A stretch of 64,000 nucleotides of DNA from Escherichia coli (GTDB lineage Bacteria > Pseudomonadota > Gammaproteobacteria > Enterobacterales > Enterobacteriaceae), in NCBI RefSeq assembly GCF_003334335.1, contig NZ_QOWQ01000024.1; one strand, 5' to 3'. Below the pieces are notes generated by a model, which was given only the letters and a program-made list of their open reading frames with translations, ran no database searches and was not told where the DNA came from. Position numbers and translations under genes: made by a program. Positions within the stretch are counted from its first letter, which is position 1; each line of letters begins with the position of its first letter. Shown in pieces: positions 11,122-23,490 of the stretch.

Positions 11122-11154
11122 AAAAAGGCGACACATTGGCATGTCGCCTTTTTT
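11122..11154. terminator. bidirectional intrinsic terminator shared by ypfM and acrD
   Basis: A5-GGCGACA-CATTGGCA-TGTCGCC-T6, with a perfect 7-bp stem flanked by A-run and T-run, ending 6 nt before the acrD stop. Confidence 0.75.
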
Positions 11155-11159
11155 ATTGC

Positions 11160-14100
11160 TTATTCCGGGCGCGGCTTCAGCGGGAAGCGGCGGCGCACCA
11201 GCACAAAGAACAGCGGCACGAAGTAAATAGCCAGAATAGTGGCCGAAATCATCCCGCCCATTACGCCAGTACCCACCGCATGCTGACCACCGGAACCGGC
11301 ACCCGTGCTGGTTGCCATTGGCAATACGCCGAAGATAAATGCCAGCGAGGTCATCAGAATCGGGCGTAAACGCTGACGGCAGGCGTGGAGCGTCGCTTCA
11401 AACAGGTCGTGGCCTTTTTGGTTCATCTCGTTAGCAAACTCGACGATCAGGATGGCGTTTTTCGCCGATAAACCAATGACCGTTAACAGGCCCACCTGGA
11501 AGTAAACGTCGTTTTCCAGCCCGCGCATCCAGGTTGCCAGCAGCGCGCCGATTACCCCCAGCGGCACGACCAGCATTACCGAGAACGGCACCGACCAGCT
11601 TTCATACAACGCAGCCAGACACAGGAATACCACCAGCAAGGAAATGGCGTACAGCGCCGGAGCCTGCGCGCCGGAAAGCCGCTCCTGATACGACATCGCC
11701 GTCCACTCCAGACCAAAGCCGTTTGGCAGCTGCTTCACTAACGATTCCATAATATCCATCGCCGTACCGGTACTGACCCCCGGTGCGGCTTCCCCAACAA
11801 TCTCAACCGCAGAATAACCGTTATAGCGTTCCAGACGCGGCGAGCCTGTTTCCCAGCGTGAGGTCGCGAAAGCAGAGAAGGGCACCATGCCGCCATCTTT
11901 ATTTCGGACATACCAGAGATTGATGTCATCTGGCAGCATGCGATACGGCGCAGCTGCCTGCACATAGACTTTCTTCACGCGACCGCGATCCATAAAGTCA
12001 TTCACATAGCTCGAACCCCAGGCGGTTTGCAGTGTGTCGTTAATATCGTCGATAGCAACGCCCAGCGCCTGAGCTTTACGCTGGTCGATATCAATCTGCA
12101 ACTGCGGACTGTCGTCGAGGCCGTTATGGCGCACACGGGTTAGCTCCGGGTTTTCCGCCGCCAGCGCCAGCAACTGATTACGTGCTGCCATCAGCGCATC
12201 GTGACCCGCTCCAGCGTGGTCCTGCAACTCCATATCAAAACCTGCAGAACTACCAAGACCGCTAATTGCTGGCGGGCTGCTGGCGATAACGCGAGCTTCT
12301 TTAATTTGGTTAAACGCCTTCGTTGCACGCTCGATAATGGCAAACGAGGTGCCGGTCTTACTGTCGCGTTCGCTCCAGTCTTTCAGGCGGATAAACATTC
12401 GCGCCACGTTTTGCCCGTTACCCCCAGGGCCAGAACCAACGGTGGCAAACACCGACATGATGTTGTCTTTTTCATGGGTGAAGTAGTATTTCTCGATTTG
12501 CTCAACGACTTTCAGGGTCTGTTGTTGCGTTGAACCGCTGGGCAACTGTACCGAGGTAGTAAACATGCCACGGTCTTCCAGCGGTAAGAACGACGTCGGC
12601 AAACGCAGGAACAGGAACACCATGCCGCCAAGCAGCAGGACATAAATCACAATCCAGCGCAGGCTACGGTGGAGAATTTTCGCCACCCCTTTTTCGTAGC
12701 GTTCGGCGTTGCGGTTAAACATCTGGTTAAACCAGGCAAAAAAGCCTTTTTGCCCATGATGCTCACCTTTTTTCAGTGGCTTAAGTAGTGTGGCACACAG
12801 AGCCGGAGTGAGGATCATCGCTACCAGTACTGACAGCACCATCGCCGCAACAATGGTAATAGAGAACTGGCGATAGATGGCACCGGTGGTGCCGCCGAAG
12901 AAGGCCATTGGTACAAATACCGCCGAAAGAACCATCGCAATCCCGACCAGTGCCCCCTGGATCTGCCCCATCGATTTACGTGTGGCTTCGCGAGGAGTGA
13001 GTCCTTCCTCACTCATAATACGTTCGACGTTTTCCACCACCACGATGGCGTCATCCACCAGCAGACCGATCGCCAGCACCATCGCGAACATGGTTAAGGT
13101 GTTGACGCTGTAACCGAAGGCGTAAAGTACGGAGAAGGTTCCCATCAACACCACCGGCACGGCGATAGTGGGTATCAGCGTGGCGCGGAAGTTTTGCAGG
13201 AACAGATACATAACGAGGAAAACCAGAGCGATAGCTTCCAGCAGCGTTTTCACCACGTCTTCAATGGAGGCTTTAACAAACGAGGTGGTTTCATACGCCA
13301 CCTTGTATTCCAGTCCATGCGGGAAATACTGCGCCAGCTCGTCGAGACGATTGAGCACCAGCTCCGCTGTCGCCATTTCGTTAGCGCCGGAGGCCAGTTT
13401 TACCCCCAGCCCGGAGGCTGGCTTACCATTGAAGCGGCTAAGATAATCGTATTTCTCCGCCCCCATTTCGACGGTGGCGACATCGCCCAGCCTTACCTCT
13501 GAGCCGTCCTGATTGACCCGCAAGGTGATATCGCGGAACTGTTCTGGTGTTTGCAGCAGTGACTGGGCGTTAATGGTGGCGTTGAGCGCCTGCTTATCGA
13601 CGGAAGGTGTACCACCAAGTTGCCCAACCGCAATCTGCGCGTTCTGTGACTCAATGGCATCAGTGACATCTTTAGCCGTCATCTGGAAACTGTTGAGTTT
13701 CGCCGGGTCCAGCCAGATACGCATGGAATATTGCGAACCATAGGCATCGATATCCCCGACGCCATTCACGCGGCTTAACGGGTCCTGAATATTACTGGCA
13801 ACATAATCAGCAATATCCTGTTTATCCATCGAACCATCGGTAGAGACGAAGGCAATGGTCAGAATGTTGGTATCGCCGGTTTTACGCACCGTCACGCCCT
13901 GATTTTGCACCGCCTGCGGTAACTTTCGCATGGCTGATTGCAGCTGGTTTTGTACTTGCTGCACGGCTTCGTCCGGATCGGTGCCTGCTTTAAAACTTAA
14001 AGTGACAGATGCCTGACCGGTGCCACTGCTCTGAGATGACATATACATGAGATTATCGAGGCCGGTCATATTATGCTCGATAACCTGGGTCACGGTGTTT

Positions 14101-14273
14101 TCCAGCGTCTGGGCCGATGCGCCGGGATAGTTAGCGGTCACTCGCACATTCGGTGGCGCGAGATCGGGGTATTGTTCAACGGGCAATGAAAAAATCGCCA
14201 GGGTACCTGTCAGACACAACAGGATTGCCAGCACCCAGGCAAAAATGGGGCGATCAATAAAGAAATTCGCCAT
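11160..14273 (-). CDS. acrD: RND-family multidrug/aminoglycoside efflux transporter
   Basis: 1037-aa ORF with 12-TM RND architecture and full-length match to recalled AcrD. Confidence 0.95.
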   Translation of the reverse strand: MANFFIDRPIFAWVLAILLCLTGTLAIFSLPVEQYPDLAPPNVRVTANYPGASAQTLENTVTQVIEHNMTGLDNLMYMSSQSSGTGQASVTLSFKAGTDPDEAVQQVQNQLQSAMRKLPQAVQNQGVTVRKTGDTNILTIAFVSTDGSMDKQDIADYVASNIQDPLSRVNGVGDIDAYGSQYSMRIWLDPAKLNSFQMTAKDVTDAIESQNAQIAVGQLGGTPSVDKQALNATINAQSLLQTPEQFRDITLRVNQDGSEVRLGDVATVEMGAEKYDYLSRFNGKPASGLGVKLASGANEMATAELVLNRLDELAQYFPHGLEYKVAYETTSFVKASIEDVVKTLLEAIALVFLVMYLFLQNFRATLIPTIAVPVVLMGTFSVLYAFGYSVNTLTMFAMVLAIGLLVDDAIVVVENVERIMSEEGLTPREATRKSMGQIQGALVGIAMVLSAVFVPMAFFGGTTGAIYRQFSITIVAAMVLSVLVAMILTPALCATLLKPLKKGEHHGQKGFFAWFNQMFNRNAERYEKGVAKILHRSLRWIVIYVLLLGGMVFLFLRLPTSFLPLEDRGMFTTSVQLPSGSTQQQTLKVVEQIEKYYFTHEKDNIMSVFATVGSGPGGNGQNVARMFIRLKDWSERDSKTGTSFAIIERATKAFNQIKEARVIASSPPAISGLGSSAGFDMELQDHAGAGHDALMAARNQLLALAAENPELTRVRHNGLDDSPQLQIDIDQRKAQALGVAIDDINDTLQTAWGSSYVNDFMDRGRVKKVYVQAAAPYRMLPDDINLWYVRNKDGGMVPFSAFATSRWETGSPRLERYNGYSAVEIVGEAAPGVSTGTAMDIMESLVKQLPNGFGLEWTAMSYQERLSGAQAPALYAISLLVVFLCLAALYESWSVPFSVMLVVPLGVIGALLATWMRGLENDVYFQVGLLTVIGLSAKNAILIVEFANEMNQKGHDLFEATLHACRQRLRPILMTSLAFIFGVLPMATSTGAGSGGQHAVGTGVMGGMISATILAIYFVPLFFVLVRRRFPLKPRPE

Positions 14274-14436
14274 TAAAAGAGGACCTCGTGTTTCTGCGTA
14301 TCGTTGTAGGCTTGACTTGCTTCACTGTAGCGGCAAGGTACGAGCCAATCGTGGAGAAAAAAAGGAGTTAATGTAAATTATCATGCCCTTTTATACTGAA
14401 CCTTAAGTGCAAGTATTCTTTGGTCAGTAGGAGGCA

Positions 14437-16137
14437 TTACATTAACTGACTTTCCTCACCCTCCGCAGAGCGAAAGCTAATACTCACTAACGTGCCGCCG
14501 CCGGAAGGTTGTGAAAAAGTCAGCGTCCCACCTAGCCGTTCCGCGCGTTCGCGCATGATATTCAGACCATAATGACCTTCGGGTTCTTTCGGTTCACCGA
14601 TACCAATCCCGTTATCACGGATATAAACCGTGTGATTGCCGTCCGGCGCGGTGACGCAACTGACGGCGATTTCGCTGGCGTTGGCGTGCTTCATCGCATT
14701 CAGCACCGCTTCGCGAATAATTTGCAACAAATGCACCTGCATTTGCGCATCCAGTGCCAGGGTTGGCAGACGGCAGTCGAGGGTCAGTTTGGCGCTGGTT
14801 TGATTTTGTAACGTATCCAGCATTTCCCTCAATGCGGAGGGGAGATCCGCCTGCTGCAGCGTCAGGCGGAAAGTAGTCAACAGCTCGCGTAACTGCCGAT
14901 AAGCATCATTCAACGCCTGGGAAAAATCGGCCATGATACTTTGTGCGGTGGCGTTATCTTCCGGTATCGAACGCTTCAGTAACGTCAACTGGATACGTAA
15001 GTAAGAAAGTACCTGAGCCAGCGAGTCGTGCAATTCGCGGGCGATGGTCGCACGTTCTTCCATCAACAATAATTGCTGAAAATGCTTCTGCGCCTGATTA
15101 AAGTACAAACCGCGTCCCAGCATCGACGAAACGCTGTTAAGCAGCGGTTCTGATGATGAAACGTGACTATTTTGCCAGTGCAGTTCGCCGTAAACCGTCT
15201 CTTGCATTGTCACCGGTAAAATCTGCATCGGCAATTCCGGGTTTGGTTGCCCTTCGCTAATCCGCCAGTTTTCACCGACATTTAACTCCAGATATTCAGC
15301 CGCTTCATTGTCGCGAACAATCTGCAAAATATGGCGGAAACAATGCACATCAATCTGGCTAGTGTTCAGCGCCTGCGAACACTGATACAACACCTCCAGA
15401 CGACGCTTGGCCTCGTGGAGATCGCGGGTCTTTTCTTCTACTGACGCTTCCAGCGAACGGTACAATTTATGCAGCTCGCTCGACATCTGGTTAAAGGTTT
15501 TTGCAAGCAGACCAAGCTCATTCGGCAGGTTGGTATCCAGCGGCGGCGAGTCGAACTGCCCGTGTTCAATACGCTGACTGGCGGTAACCAGCTGATTCAG
15601 CGGGGCAACCACCTGATGGCGTATGCGGCGCAAAGTAAAAAAGACCAGCGTGAAAATACCGATGCCGCCAGCCAGGGAAATCGCCACCACCAGCAGCATT
15701 TTGCGTTCAGCGTAGTGCTGTAAAGCCAGTACGAACAGGTCTATCTGATTAACATAATTATTAATATTGGCCTGATACCACGGCAAATCGCCCTTGCTGA
15801 GCCGATTATTCATCTCCAGCCAGTTGGCATTCAGATGCGCATAGCGAGTTTTTACTGCTTCTGGCACATACCAGACGTTGAGGTTGGTTAATACCGGTGA
15901 ATGCAGTGCCTGCTGAAATAACTGGCGATGTGCATTGAGTTGTGGACTGCCACTTTGCAAGTCGTAGCCCAGGCGGTAACTCTGCATACGCAGCGATCCG
16001 GCAATATTGATAGCCTCAGCGTCGCGCAAACTGCTCGCCAGAGTTAGCAGAGCGATACCCGTGGAAAGAATCGACAGCAGCACAATGTAAAAAAAGGCCC
16101 GGGCCAGACTGGCCGAGACGGGTCGTTTAACAATCAC
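14437..16137 (-). CDS. narQ: nitrate/nitrite sensor histidine kinase
   Basis: ORF-track frame 14437..16152. Recalled NarQ (566 aa, begins MIVKRPVSASLARAFF) corresponds to a GTG start at 16137. HAMP and histidine-kinase domains present. Confidence 0.9.
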   Translation of the reverse strand: MIVKRPVSASLARAFFYIVLLSILSTGIALLTLASSLRDAEAINIAGSLRMQSYRLGYDLQSGSPQLNAHRQLFQQALHSPVLTNLNVWYVPEAVKTRYAHLNANWLEMNNRLSKGDLPWYQANINNYVNQIDLFVLALQHYAERKMLLVVAISLAGGIGIFTLVFFTLRRIRHQVVAPLNQLVTASQRIEHGQFDSPPLDTNLPNELGLLAKTFNQMSSELHKLYRSLEASVEEKTRDLHEAKRRLEVLYQCSQALNTSQIDVHCFRHILQIVRDNEAAEYLELNVGENWRISEGQPNPELPMQILPVTMQETVYGELHWQNSHVSSSEPLLNSVSSMLGRGLYFNQAQKHFQQLLLMEERATIARELHDSLAQVLSYLRIQLTLLKRSIPEDNATAQSIMADFSQALNDAYRQLRELLTTFRLTLQQADLPSALREMLDTLQNQTSAKLTLDCRLPTLALDAQMQVHLLQIIREAVLNAMKHANASEIAVSCVTAPDGNHTVYIRDNGIGIGEPKEPEGHYGLNIMRERAERLGGTLTFSQPSGGGTLVSISFRSAEGEESQLM

Positions 16138-16342
16138 ACGCGTCTTCTCCACAAAAAATCATTAATGTTCCAGTTCGCTGAAACGCAATTTAGTCAGTGA
16201 TGGGATTATTTGATCTGCCACAGTTTATAGCGAAATAGTTACTTATTCTGGGCACATGAACATTGCCGATTCCCCTGTAAGTCGGGTAATAACAACACTC
16301 ATATAAAGAATAAGGTTTTTACAACCAAAAAAGAAGGTCGTT

Positions 16343-18322
16343 ATGAATCGTTTTATTATGGCCAACAGTCAGCAATGTCTGGGTTGTCATGCTTGTGAAA
16401 TCGCCTGTGTCATGGCTCACAATGATGAGCAACATGTCCTGAGCCAACACCATTTTCATCCCCGAATTACGGTTATCAAACATCAACAGCAACGTAGTGC
16501 AGTGACCTGTCACCATTGTGAAGATGCGCCCTGCGCCCGTAGCTGCCCTAATGGCGCAATCAGCCACGTTGATGACAGCATTCAGGTCAATCAGCAAAAG
16601 TGTATTGGCTGTAAATCCTGCGTGGTGGCCTGTCCTTTTGGTACGATGCAAATCGTCCTGACACCCGTCGCGGCAGGAAAAGTAAAAGCCACGGCGCATA
16701 AATGCGACCTTTGTGCGGGGCGCGAAAACGGTCCTGCCTGTGTTGAGAATTGCCCGGCGGACGCGCTGCAACTGGTCACTGACGTCGCACTCTCCGGCAT
16801 GGCGAAATCCCGCCGCTTGCGCACCGCGCGTCAGGAACATCAACCGTGGCATGCCAGTACCGCGGCGCAAGAAATGCCGGTAATGAGTAAAGTCGAACAA
16901 ATGCAGGCAACGCCCGCGCGTGGCGAGCCGGATAAACTGGCGATTGAAGCGCGCAAAACCGGTTTTGATGAAATTTATCTGCCATTTCGCGCCGACCAGG
17001 CACAACGGGAAGCCTCGCGCTGCCTTAAGTGCGGCGAGCACAGCGTTTGTGAATGGACCTGCCCGCTGCATAACCATATACCGCAGTGGATTGAACTGGT
17101 GAAAGCCGGAAACATCGACGCCGCCGTCGAGCTTTCTCACCAGACCAACACCCTGCCGGAAATTACCGGACGCGTTTGTCCGCAAGACCGTTTGTGTGAA
17201 GGTGCCTGTACTATTCGCGATGAGCACGGCGCGGTAACTATCGGCAACATTGAACGCTACATTTCAGATCAGGCGTTGGCGAAAGGTTGGCGTCCTGACT
17301 TAAGCCATGTCACCAAAGTGGACAAGCGGGTGGCGATTATCGGTGCAGGTCCGGCAGGGCTGGCCTGTGCGGATGTTCTGACCCGCAATGGCGTGGGGGT
17401 GACGGTGTACGATCGCCATCCAGAAATCGGTGGCTTGCTCACTTTCGGCATTCCTTCTTTCAAACTGGATAAATCCCTGCTGGCACGCCGTCGGGAAATC
17501 TTCAGCGCGATGGGGATTCACTTCGAACTCAATTGTGAAGTGGGTAAAGATGTCTCTTTGGATTCGCTTTTGGAACAATACGACGCGGTCTTCGTTGGCG
17601 TAGGCACTTACCGTTCCATGAAAGCGGGTTTACCCAATGAAGATGCGCCGGGCGTTTATGACGCGCTGCCGTTCCTCATTGCCAACACTAAACAGGTGAT
17701 GGGGCTCGAAGAGCTACCGGAAGAGCCGTTTATCAATACCGCCGGACTTAACGTCGTGGTACTGGGCGGCGGCGACACCGCGATGGACTGTGTGCGTACC
17801 GCACTGCGCCACGGCGCGAGTAACGTCACCTGCGCTTATCGTCGTGATGAAGCTAACATGCCAGGCTCGAAGAAAGAAGTGAAGAACGCCCGCGAAGAGG
17901 GGGCCAACTTCGAATTTAACGTCCAGCCGGTGGCGCTTGAGCTGAATGAACAAGGTCACGTCTGCGGGATTCGTTTCCTGCGCACGCGTCTTGGAGAGCC
18001 GGATGCCCAGGGGCGTCGGCGTCCAGTGCCGGTGGAAGGCAGTGAATTTGTCATGCCAGCCGACGCGGTGATTATGGCGTTTGGCTTCAATCCGCACGGG
18101 ATGCCGTGGCTGGAGTCGCACGGTGTAACGGTAGACAAATGGGGCCGCATCATCGCGGATGTGGAAAGCCAGTACCGTTACCAGACCACCAATCCGAAAA
18201 TCTTCGCTGGTGGTGACGCCGTGCGTGGTGCGGATCTGGTGGTTACCGCAATGGCAGAAGGACGTCATGCGGCACAGGGGATTATTGACTGGCTGGGGGT
18301 AAAATCAGTCAAATCTCACTGA
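16343..18322 (+). CDS. aegA: anaerobically expressed Fe-S oxidoreductase, GltD-like
   Basis: 659-aa ORF with N-terminal 4Fe-4S ferredoxin cysteine clusters and a C-terminal FAD/NAD(P)-binding GltD-like domain (GAGPAG). Confidence 0.92.
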   Translation: MNRFIMANSQQCLGCHACEIACVMAHNDEQHVLSQHHFHPRITVIKHQQQRSAVTCHHCEDAPCARSCPNGAISHVDDSIQVNQQKCIGCKSCVVACPFGTMQIVLTPVAAGKVKATAHKCDLCAGRENGPACVENCPADALQLVTDVALSGMAKSRRLRTARQEHQPWHASTAAQEMPVMSKVEQMQATPARGEPDKLAIEARKTGFDEIYLPFRADQAQREASRCLKCGEHSVCEWTCPLHNHIPQWIELVKAGNIDAAVELSHQTNTLPEITGRVCPQDRLCEGACTIRDEHGAVTIGNIERYISDQALAKGWRPDLSHVTKVDKRVAIIGAGPAGLACADVLTRNGVGVTVYDRHPEIGGLLTFGIPSFKLDKSLLARRREIFSAMGIHFELNCEVGKDVSLDSLLEQYDAVFVGVGTYRSMKAGLPNEDAPGVYDALPFLIANTKQVMGLEELPEEPFINTAGLNVVVLGGGDTAMDCVRTALRHGASNVTCAYRRDEANMPGSKKEVKNAREEGANFEFNVQPVALELNEQGHVCGIRFLRTRLGEPDAQGRRRPVPVEGSEFVMPADAVIMAFGFNPHGMPWLESHGVTVDKWGRIIADVESQYRYQTTNPKIFAGGDAVRGADLVVTAMAEGRHAAQGIIDWLGVKSVKSH

Positions 18323-18389
18323 TAGCCTGCGCAGACAAACCCGACTTCACAGCGTAAGATAATTGTTCATTTCGCGCTGTGGAGTCGGT

Positions 18390-18965
18390 ATGACGCAACA
18401 AATCACCCTCATTAAAGACAAAATTCTCTCCGATAACTATTTCACCCTGCACAACATTACTTACGATCTCACGCGCAAAGACGGCGAAGTTATCCGCCAT
18501 AAACGTGAAGTGTACGATCGCGGCAATGGTGCGACGATCCTCCTGTACAACACGAAGAAAAAGACCGTGGTTCTGATTCGTCAGTTCCGTGTCGCTACCT
18601 GGGTTAATGGCAATGAAAGCGGGCAGCTGATTGAAAGCTGCGCCGGGCTGCTGGATAACGACGAACCGGAAGTGTGTATTCGCAAAGAAGCGATTGAAGA
18701 GACGGGCTATGAAGTGGGTGAAGTGCGCAAATTATTTGAACTGTATATGTCGCCAGGCGGTGTGACTGAGCTAATCCACTTTTTTATCGCCGAATACAGT
18801 GACAATCAGCGCGCTAACGCCGGTGGCGGTGTCGAAGATGAAGATATTGAAGTGCTCGAGCTGCCGTTCAGCCAGGCGCTGGAGATGATCAAAACCGGCG
18901 AGATACGTGACGGTAAGACGGTGTTATTGCTTAACTATTTGCAAACGTCACATTTAATGGACTGA
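18390..18965 (+). CDS. nudK: GDP-mannose pyrophosphatase, Nudix hydrolase
   Basis: ORF-track frame 18363..18965. ATG at 18390 gives a 191-aa product beginning [11 protein letters not shown], with a Nudix box region ([10 protein letters not shown]). Confidence 0.9.
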   Translation: MTQQITLIKDKILSDNYFTLHNITYDLTRKDGEVIRHKREVYDRGNGATILLYNTKKKTVVLIRQFRVATWVNGNESGQLIESCAGLLDNDEPEVCIRKEAIEETGYEVGEVRKLFELYMSPGGVTELIHFFIAEYSDNQRANAGGGVEDEDIEVLELPFSQALEMIKTGEIRDGKTVLLLNYLQTSHLMD

Positions 18966-19090
18966 AAAATAACAATAATATTTCGTTGTTTATTATTGGC
19001 TCAATCCGACAAATCCGATTGAGCCGCGCTACCTGCGCAACGAAGATACGACTTGTGCTGTTTGTTTGAACTTCTGGGGTCGTACCGTCC

Positions 19091-20134
19091 ATGCGCTATC
19101 GCATTTTCCTTCTCTTTTTTTTCGCTTTGTTGCCGACGTCTTTGGTGTGGGCGGCACCAGCGCAACGGGCGTTTTCCGACTGGCAGGTCACCTGTAATAA
19201 CCAAAATTTCTGCGTGGCGCGTAATACGGGCGATCATAATGGACTGGTGATGACCCTGAGCCGCAGCGCCGGGGCGCATACCGATGCCGTTTTACGTATT
19301 GAGCGCGGCGGATTGAAGTCGCCGGAGGCGTCAGAAGGGGAGATAGCGCCACGGCTGCTGTTAGATGGCGAGCCGTTGGCGTTAAGTGGTGACAAGTGGC
19401 GGATTTCACCATGGTTATTAGTAACCGATGATACGGCAACCATCACCGCGTTTTTGCAGATGATTCAGGAAGGGAAGGCAATCACCTTACGCGATGGCGA
19501 TCAGACCATTTCTCTGAGTGGCTTAAAAGCAGCATTGTTGTTTATTGATGCTCAGCAAAAGCGCGTTGGCAGTGAAACCGCGTGGATCAAGAAAGGGGAC
19601 GAACCGCCGCTCAGCGTACCGCCCGCGCCTGCGCTGAAAGAGGTCGCGGTGGTTAACCCAACGCCGACGCCACTCTCACTCGAAGAACGCAACGATTTGC
19701 TGGATTATGGAAACTGGCGGATGAATGGTCTGCGCTGCTCGCTTGATCCATTGCGTCGTGAGGTGAATGTCACTGCGCTGACTGATGATAAAGCGCTGAT
19801 GATGATTAGCTGTGAGGCAGGGGCCTATAACACCATTGATTTGGCATGGATTGTGTCGCGTAAAAAGCCACTAGCTTCGCGCCCGGTTCGGTTGCGTTTG
19901 CCGTTCAACAACGGTCAGGAGACGAATGAACTGGAACTGATGAACGCAACATTTGATGAGAAATCGCGTGAACTGGTGACCTTAGCGAAAGGGCGCGGAT
20001 TAAGCGATTGTGGCATTCAGGCGCGCTGGCGCTTTGACGGTCAGCGTTTTCGCCTGGTGCGTTACGCCGCAGAACCCACCTGCGATAACTGGCATGGGCC
20101 AGACGCCTGGCCCACGTTGTGGATCACCCGTTAA
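19091..20134 (+). CDS. ypfG: DUF1176-family secreted protein YpfG
   Basis: 347-aa ORF with N-terminal signal peptide (MRYRIFLLFFFALLPTSLVWA). Function unknown. Confidence 0.85.
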   Translation: MRYRIFLLFFFALLPTSLVWAAPAQRAFSDWQVTCNNQNFCVARNTGDHNGLVMTLSRSAGAHTDAVLRIERGGLKSPEASEGEIAPRLLLDGEPLALSGDKWRISPWLLVTDDTATITAFLQMIQEGKAITLRDGDQTISLSGLKAALLFIDAQQKRVGSETAWIKKGDEPPLSVPPAPALKEVAVVNPTPTPLSLEERNDLLDYGNWRMNGLRCSLDPLRREVNVTALTDDKALMMISCEAGAYNTIDLAWIVSRKKPLASRPVRLRLPFNNGQETNELELMNATFDEKSRELVTLAKGRGLSDCGIQARWRFDGQRFRLVRYAAEPTCDNWHGPDAWPTLWITR

Positions 20135-20139
20135 ACAAA

Positions 20140-20228
20140 ATGGCGGGACATGTAGGCCGGATAAGACGCTGTAGGCCGGATAAGACGCGTCAGCGTCGCA
20201 TCCGGCAATCAGCATCCGGCAATCACCA
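20140..20228. repeat. REP cluster with internal tandem duplications
   Basis: TGTAGGCCGGATAAGACGC occurs twice in tandem and CATCCGGCAATCA twice in tandem, abutting the tktB stop codon. Confidence 0.8.
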
Positions 20229-22232
20229 TCAGGCACCTTTCACTCCCAGCACCTTATGCGCTTTTGCCACAATATTCTCGGCGGTAAAGCCAAAGAACGG
20301 GAACAGCTTATCCGCCGGAGCAGATTCCCCGTAACCCGTCATCCCGACAATTGCCCCTTTCAGACCAACATACTTGTACCAGTAATCGGCAATACCTGCT
20401 TCCACCGCCACGCGAGCCGCAACGTTAGAAGGCAACACCGACTCCCGATATTCCTCATCCTGGGCGTCGAAAATATCGGTCGAGGGCAGGGAAACTACGC
20501 GTACATTGCGACCTTCTCCTGCTAATTTCTCTGCCGCTTGCAGGGTAATTTCCATCTCTGAACCGGTGGCAATCAGAATAATATCTGGCTTACCGCCGCT
20601 GTCTTTCAGCACATAACCGCCACGAGCAATCTCTTTAACCTGATCCGGCGTACGTTCCACCTGGGCCAGATTCTGCCTTGAGAGGATCAGTGCCGTCGGT
20701 CCGTTGTGGCGCTCAACCGCCAGCTTCCAGCCCACCGTCGCTTCCACCTGATCGCACGGTCGCCAGGTGCTGAAATTTGGCGTTAAGCGCAGGCTGGCCA
20801 GTTGCTCAACAGCCTGGTGCGTCGGACCATCTTCGCCCAGGCCAATTGAGTCGTGGGTATAAACCATAATCTGCCGCGCTTTCATCAGTGCCGCCATCCG
20901 CGCGGCGTTACGGGCGTATTCAACAAACATCAGGAACGTCGCGGTATACGGCACAAAGCCGCCGTGGTGCGCGATGCCGTTGGCGATAGCGGTCATGCCA
21001 AATTCACGCACCCCGTAGTGAATGTAGTTGCCCGCTGGATCTTCCTTCAGCGAAACAGAACCTTTCCAGATGGTCAGGTTGCTGGGAGCCAGATCCGCCG
21101 AACCGCCGAGCAACTCAGGCAGCATCGGCCCGTAAGCGTTAAGCGTATTTTGCGAAGCCTTACGGGTAGCGATTTTCGCCGGATTTGCCTGTAACTCATT
21201 GATATATTTCTGAGTCGTTTTCTCCCAGTCCTTCGGTAAACCACCGCTCATCCGTCGGGTAAACTCTTCTGCCAGTTGCGGATGAGCCTTTTTATAGGCG
21301 GCAAACTTCTCATTCCAGCTCTGCTGCGCTTTTTCGCCTTTTTCACGGGCATCCCAGGCGTGATAAATCTCTTTAGGGATCTCAAATGGCGGATGGTGCC
21401 AGCCCAGTTTTTGCCGTGCCAGCGCCACTTCTTCTTCCCCCAGTGGTGCGCCGTGCGCCTCTTCCTTACCTGCTTTATTCGGCGAACCAAAGCCAATCAC
21501 CGTACGGCAGATAATCAGCGACGGCTTATCTTTCACGCTTTGCGCTTCAAGGATCGCTTCCTTCACCGCCTGCGGATCGTGACCGTCGATTTCATGGATC
21601 ACATGCCAGTGATAGGCTTCAAAACGTTTTGCCGTATCGTCGGTAAACCAGCCTTCTGTTTCACCGTCGATGGAAATACCGTTGTGATCGTAAAAACCAA
21701 TCAGCTTGCCCAGTCCCAGCGTGCCTGCCAGCGAACAGACTTCGTGGGAAATACCTTCCATCAGGCAGCCGTCGCCCATAAACACATAGGTGAAGTGATC
21801 GACGATCTCATGGTCTGGCTGGTTAAACTGCGCCGCCAGTGTACGCTCTGCTATCGCCAGCCCGACGGCGTTCGCCAAACCTTGTCCAAGCGGGCCGGTG
21901 GTGGTTTCAACGCCTGGCGTATAGCCAATCTCCGGGTGGCCTGGGGTTTTCGAATGCAACTGACGGAAGTTCTTCAGTTCTTCCAGCGGCAGGTCGTAAC
22001 CGGTCAGATGTAGCAAACTGTAGAGCAGCATCGACGCGTGACCGTTGGAAAGAATAAAGCGGTCGCGATCATACCAGGTTGGGTCGGTAGGGTTATGTTT
22101 AAGAAAATCGTTCCACAGCACTTCGGCAATATCAGCCATGCCCATCGGCGCGCCGGGATGACCAGAGTTGGCTTTTTGTACCGCATCCATACTGAGTGCG
22201 CGAATCGCATTGGCAAGGTCTTTTCGGGACAT
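20229..22232 (-). CDS. tktB: transketolase 2
   Basis: ORF-track frame 20229..22295. The 667-aa product from the internal ATG begins [27 protein letters not shown], with a thiamine-diphosphate binding region. Confidence 0.95.
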   Translation of the reverse strand: MSRKDLANAIRALSMDAVQKANSGHPGAPMGMADIAEVLWNDFLKHNPTDPTWYDRDRFILSNGHASMLLYSLLHLTGYDLPLEELKNFRQLHSKTPGHPEIGYTPGVETTTGPLGQGLANAVGLAIAERTLAAQFNQPDHEIVDHFTYVFMGDGCLMEGISHEVCSLAGTLGLGKLIGFYDHNGISIDGETEGWFTDDTAKRFEAYHWHVIHEIDGHDPQAVKEAILEAQSVKDKPSLIICRTVIGFGSPNKAGKEEAHGAPLGEEEVALARQKLGWHHPPFEIPKEIYHAWDAREKGEKAQQSWNEKFAAYKKAHPQLAEEFTRRMSGGLPKDWEKTTQKYINELQANPAKIATRKASQNTLNAYGPMLPELLGGSADLAPSNLTIWKGSVSLKEDPAGNYIHYGVREFGMTAIANGIAHHGGFVPYTATFLMFVEYARNAARMAALMKARQIMVYTHDSIGLGEDGPTHQAVEQLASLRLTPNFSTWRPCDQVEATVGWKLAVERHNGPTALILSRQNLAQVERTPDQVKEIARGGYVLKDSGGKPDIILIATGSEMEITLQAAEKLAGEGRNVRVVSLPSTDIFDAQDEEYRESVLPSNVAARVAVEAGIADYWYKYVGLKGAIVGMTGYGESAPADKLFPFFGFTAENIVAKAHKVLGVKGA

Positions 22233-22251
22233 ATAACACTCCGTGGCTGGT

Positions 22252-23202
22252 TTATAGTTTGGCGGCAAGAAGATCTTCCAGTTTGCGTTGATCAACGGCG
22301 AACAGACGAATGCCTTCAGACAGTTTTTCTACCGCCATCGCATCCTGATTGTGCTCCCAACGGAACTCCGCTTCGCTCATGGGAGCTGGGCGTGGGAACG
22401 TCTGAGAAGGTGGGATTAATTTACGTACCACTGGCGAAACTTTTTCCTGCAGCTCCTTCAGTAAATTCGGTGCGATAGTCAGTCGATCGCAGCCGGTTAA
22501 GGCGAGGATTTGTTCGGTGCGACGGAAGCTCGCGCCCATCACAATGGTTTCATAGTGGTGTTGCTTATAGTAGTCGTAGATATTGCGCACCGATTTAACG
22601 CCCGGATCTTCTTCCACCACATACGGGTCCATCGGCTTGCGTGCCTGATACCAGTCATAAATACGCCCGACAAACGGCGAAATCAGAAAAACGCCTGCTT
22701 CCGCACAGGCCCGTGCCTGTGCAAAAGAAAACAGCAGCGTCAGGTTGCAGTTAATACCTTCTTTTTCCAGCTCTTCTGCCGCGCGAATTCCTTCCCAGGT
22801 CGAAGCCAGCTTGATCAGAATGCGTGATTTCTCAACGCCTTGTTGCTGATACAAGTCCACCAGATGGCGCGCCTTCTCAATACTCTTTTCTTTATCAAAA
22901 GAGAGGCGTGCATCAACTTCTGTTGACACGCGACCGGGTACGATTTTGAGGATTTCAGCACCGAAATTGACCGCCAGTTTGTCACACGCTGCGACCACCT
23001 GTTGTTCCTGGGTCTTGCCATTTTTTTTACCCCAGGCGATAGCATCGTCTATTAAATGCTCATATTGTGATAATCCGGCAGCTTTGAGTAACAGCGAAGG
23101 ATTGGTGGTGGCATCCTGGGGATGATAATGGCGAATGGACTCAATATCGCCGCTGTCTGCCACGACAGTGGTGAACTGTTTGATGCCGTCTAACTCGTTC
23201 AT
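22252..23202 (-). CDS. talA: transaldolase A
   Basis: 316-aa ORF, full-length match to recalled TalA, 19 nt upstream of tktB in the same orientation. Confidence 0.95.
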   Translation of the reverse strand: MNELDGIKQFTTVVADSGDIESIRHYHPQDATTNPSLLLKAAGLSQYEHLIDDAIAWGKKNGKTQEQQVVAACDKLAVNFGAEILKIVPGRVSTEVDARLSFDKEKSIEKARHLVDLYQQQGVEKSRILIKLASTWEGIRAAEELEKEGINCNLTLLFSFAQARACAEAGVFLISPFVGRIYDWYQARKPMDPYVVEEDPGVKSVRNIYDYYKQHHYETIVMGASFRRTEQILALTGCDRLTIAPNLLKELQEKVSPVVRKLIPPSQTFPRPAPMSEAEFRWEHNQDAMAVEKLSEGIRLFAVDQRKLEDLLAAKL

Positions 23203-23490
23203 AGGAAATACTCCTTGAAAAGTAAAGTGTTAGATGAGTGCGTTAATTCACACTTCTGAGAAATTTCGCTAAACGCATCAAAAAAGCATAGCAGACAGGC
23301 ATGGTATTGCTGGATTAAGCAGGTAACATCAGTGTTATAGGATTATTACCAAAACATTATATTAATGGTGAGAGTTTGGACTTGCTCAAAGTCTGTAGAC
23401 TCCGGCAGGGTAATAATGTGCGCCACGTTGTGGGCAGGGGCTGTTGCCCACACACTTTATTTGTGAACGTTACGTGAAAGGAACAACCAA

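Noticed and set aside
16153-16342. FNR or NarL sites in the narQ-aegA divergent region
   Set aside because: Only a TTGAT half-site and one TACTTAT heptamer were seen, with no convincing full dyad, which is too weak to report as a feature without matrix scoring.
16319-17227. 302-aa ORF antisense to aegA, with similar long antisense ORFs at 6029..6808 (tmcA), 21276..22013 (tktB), 24583..25497 (maeB) and 44521..45447 (yfeX)
   Set aside because: Each lies entirely inside a well-supported full-length gene on the opposite strand. The translations are low-complexity and rich in Arg, Gln and His with no recognisable motifs, typical of stop-poor antisense frames in GC-rich coding sequence.
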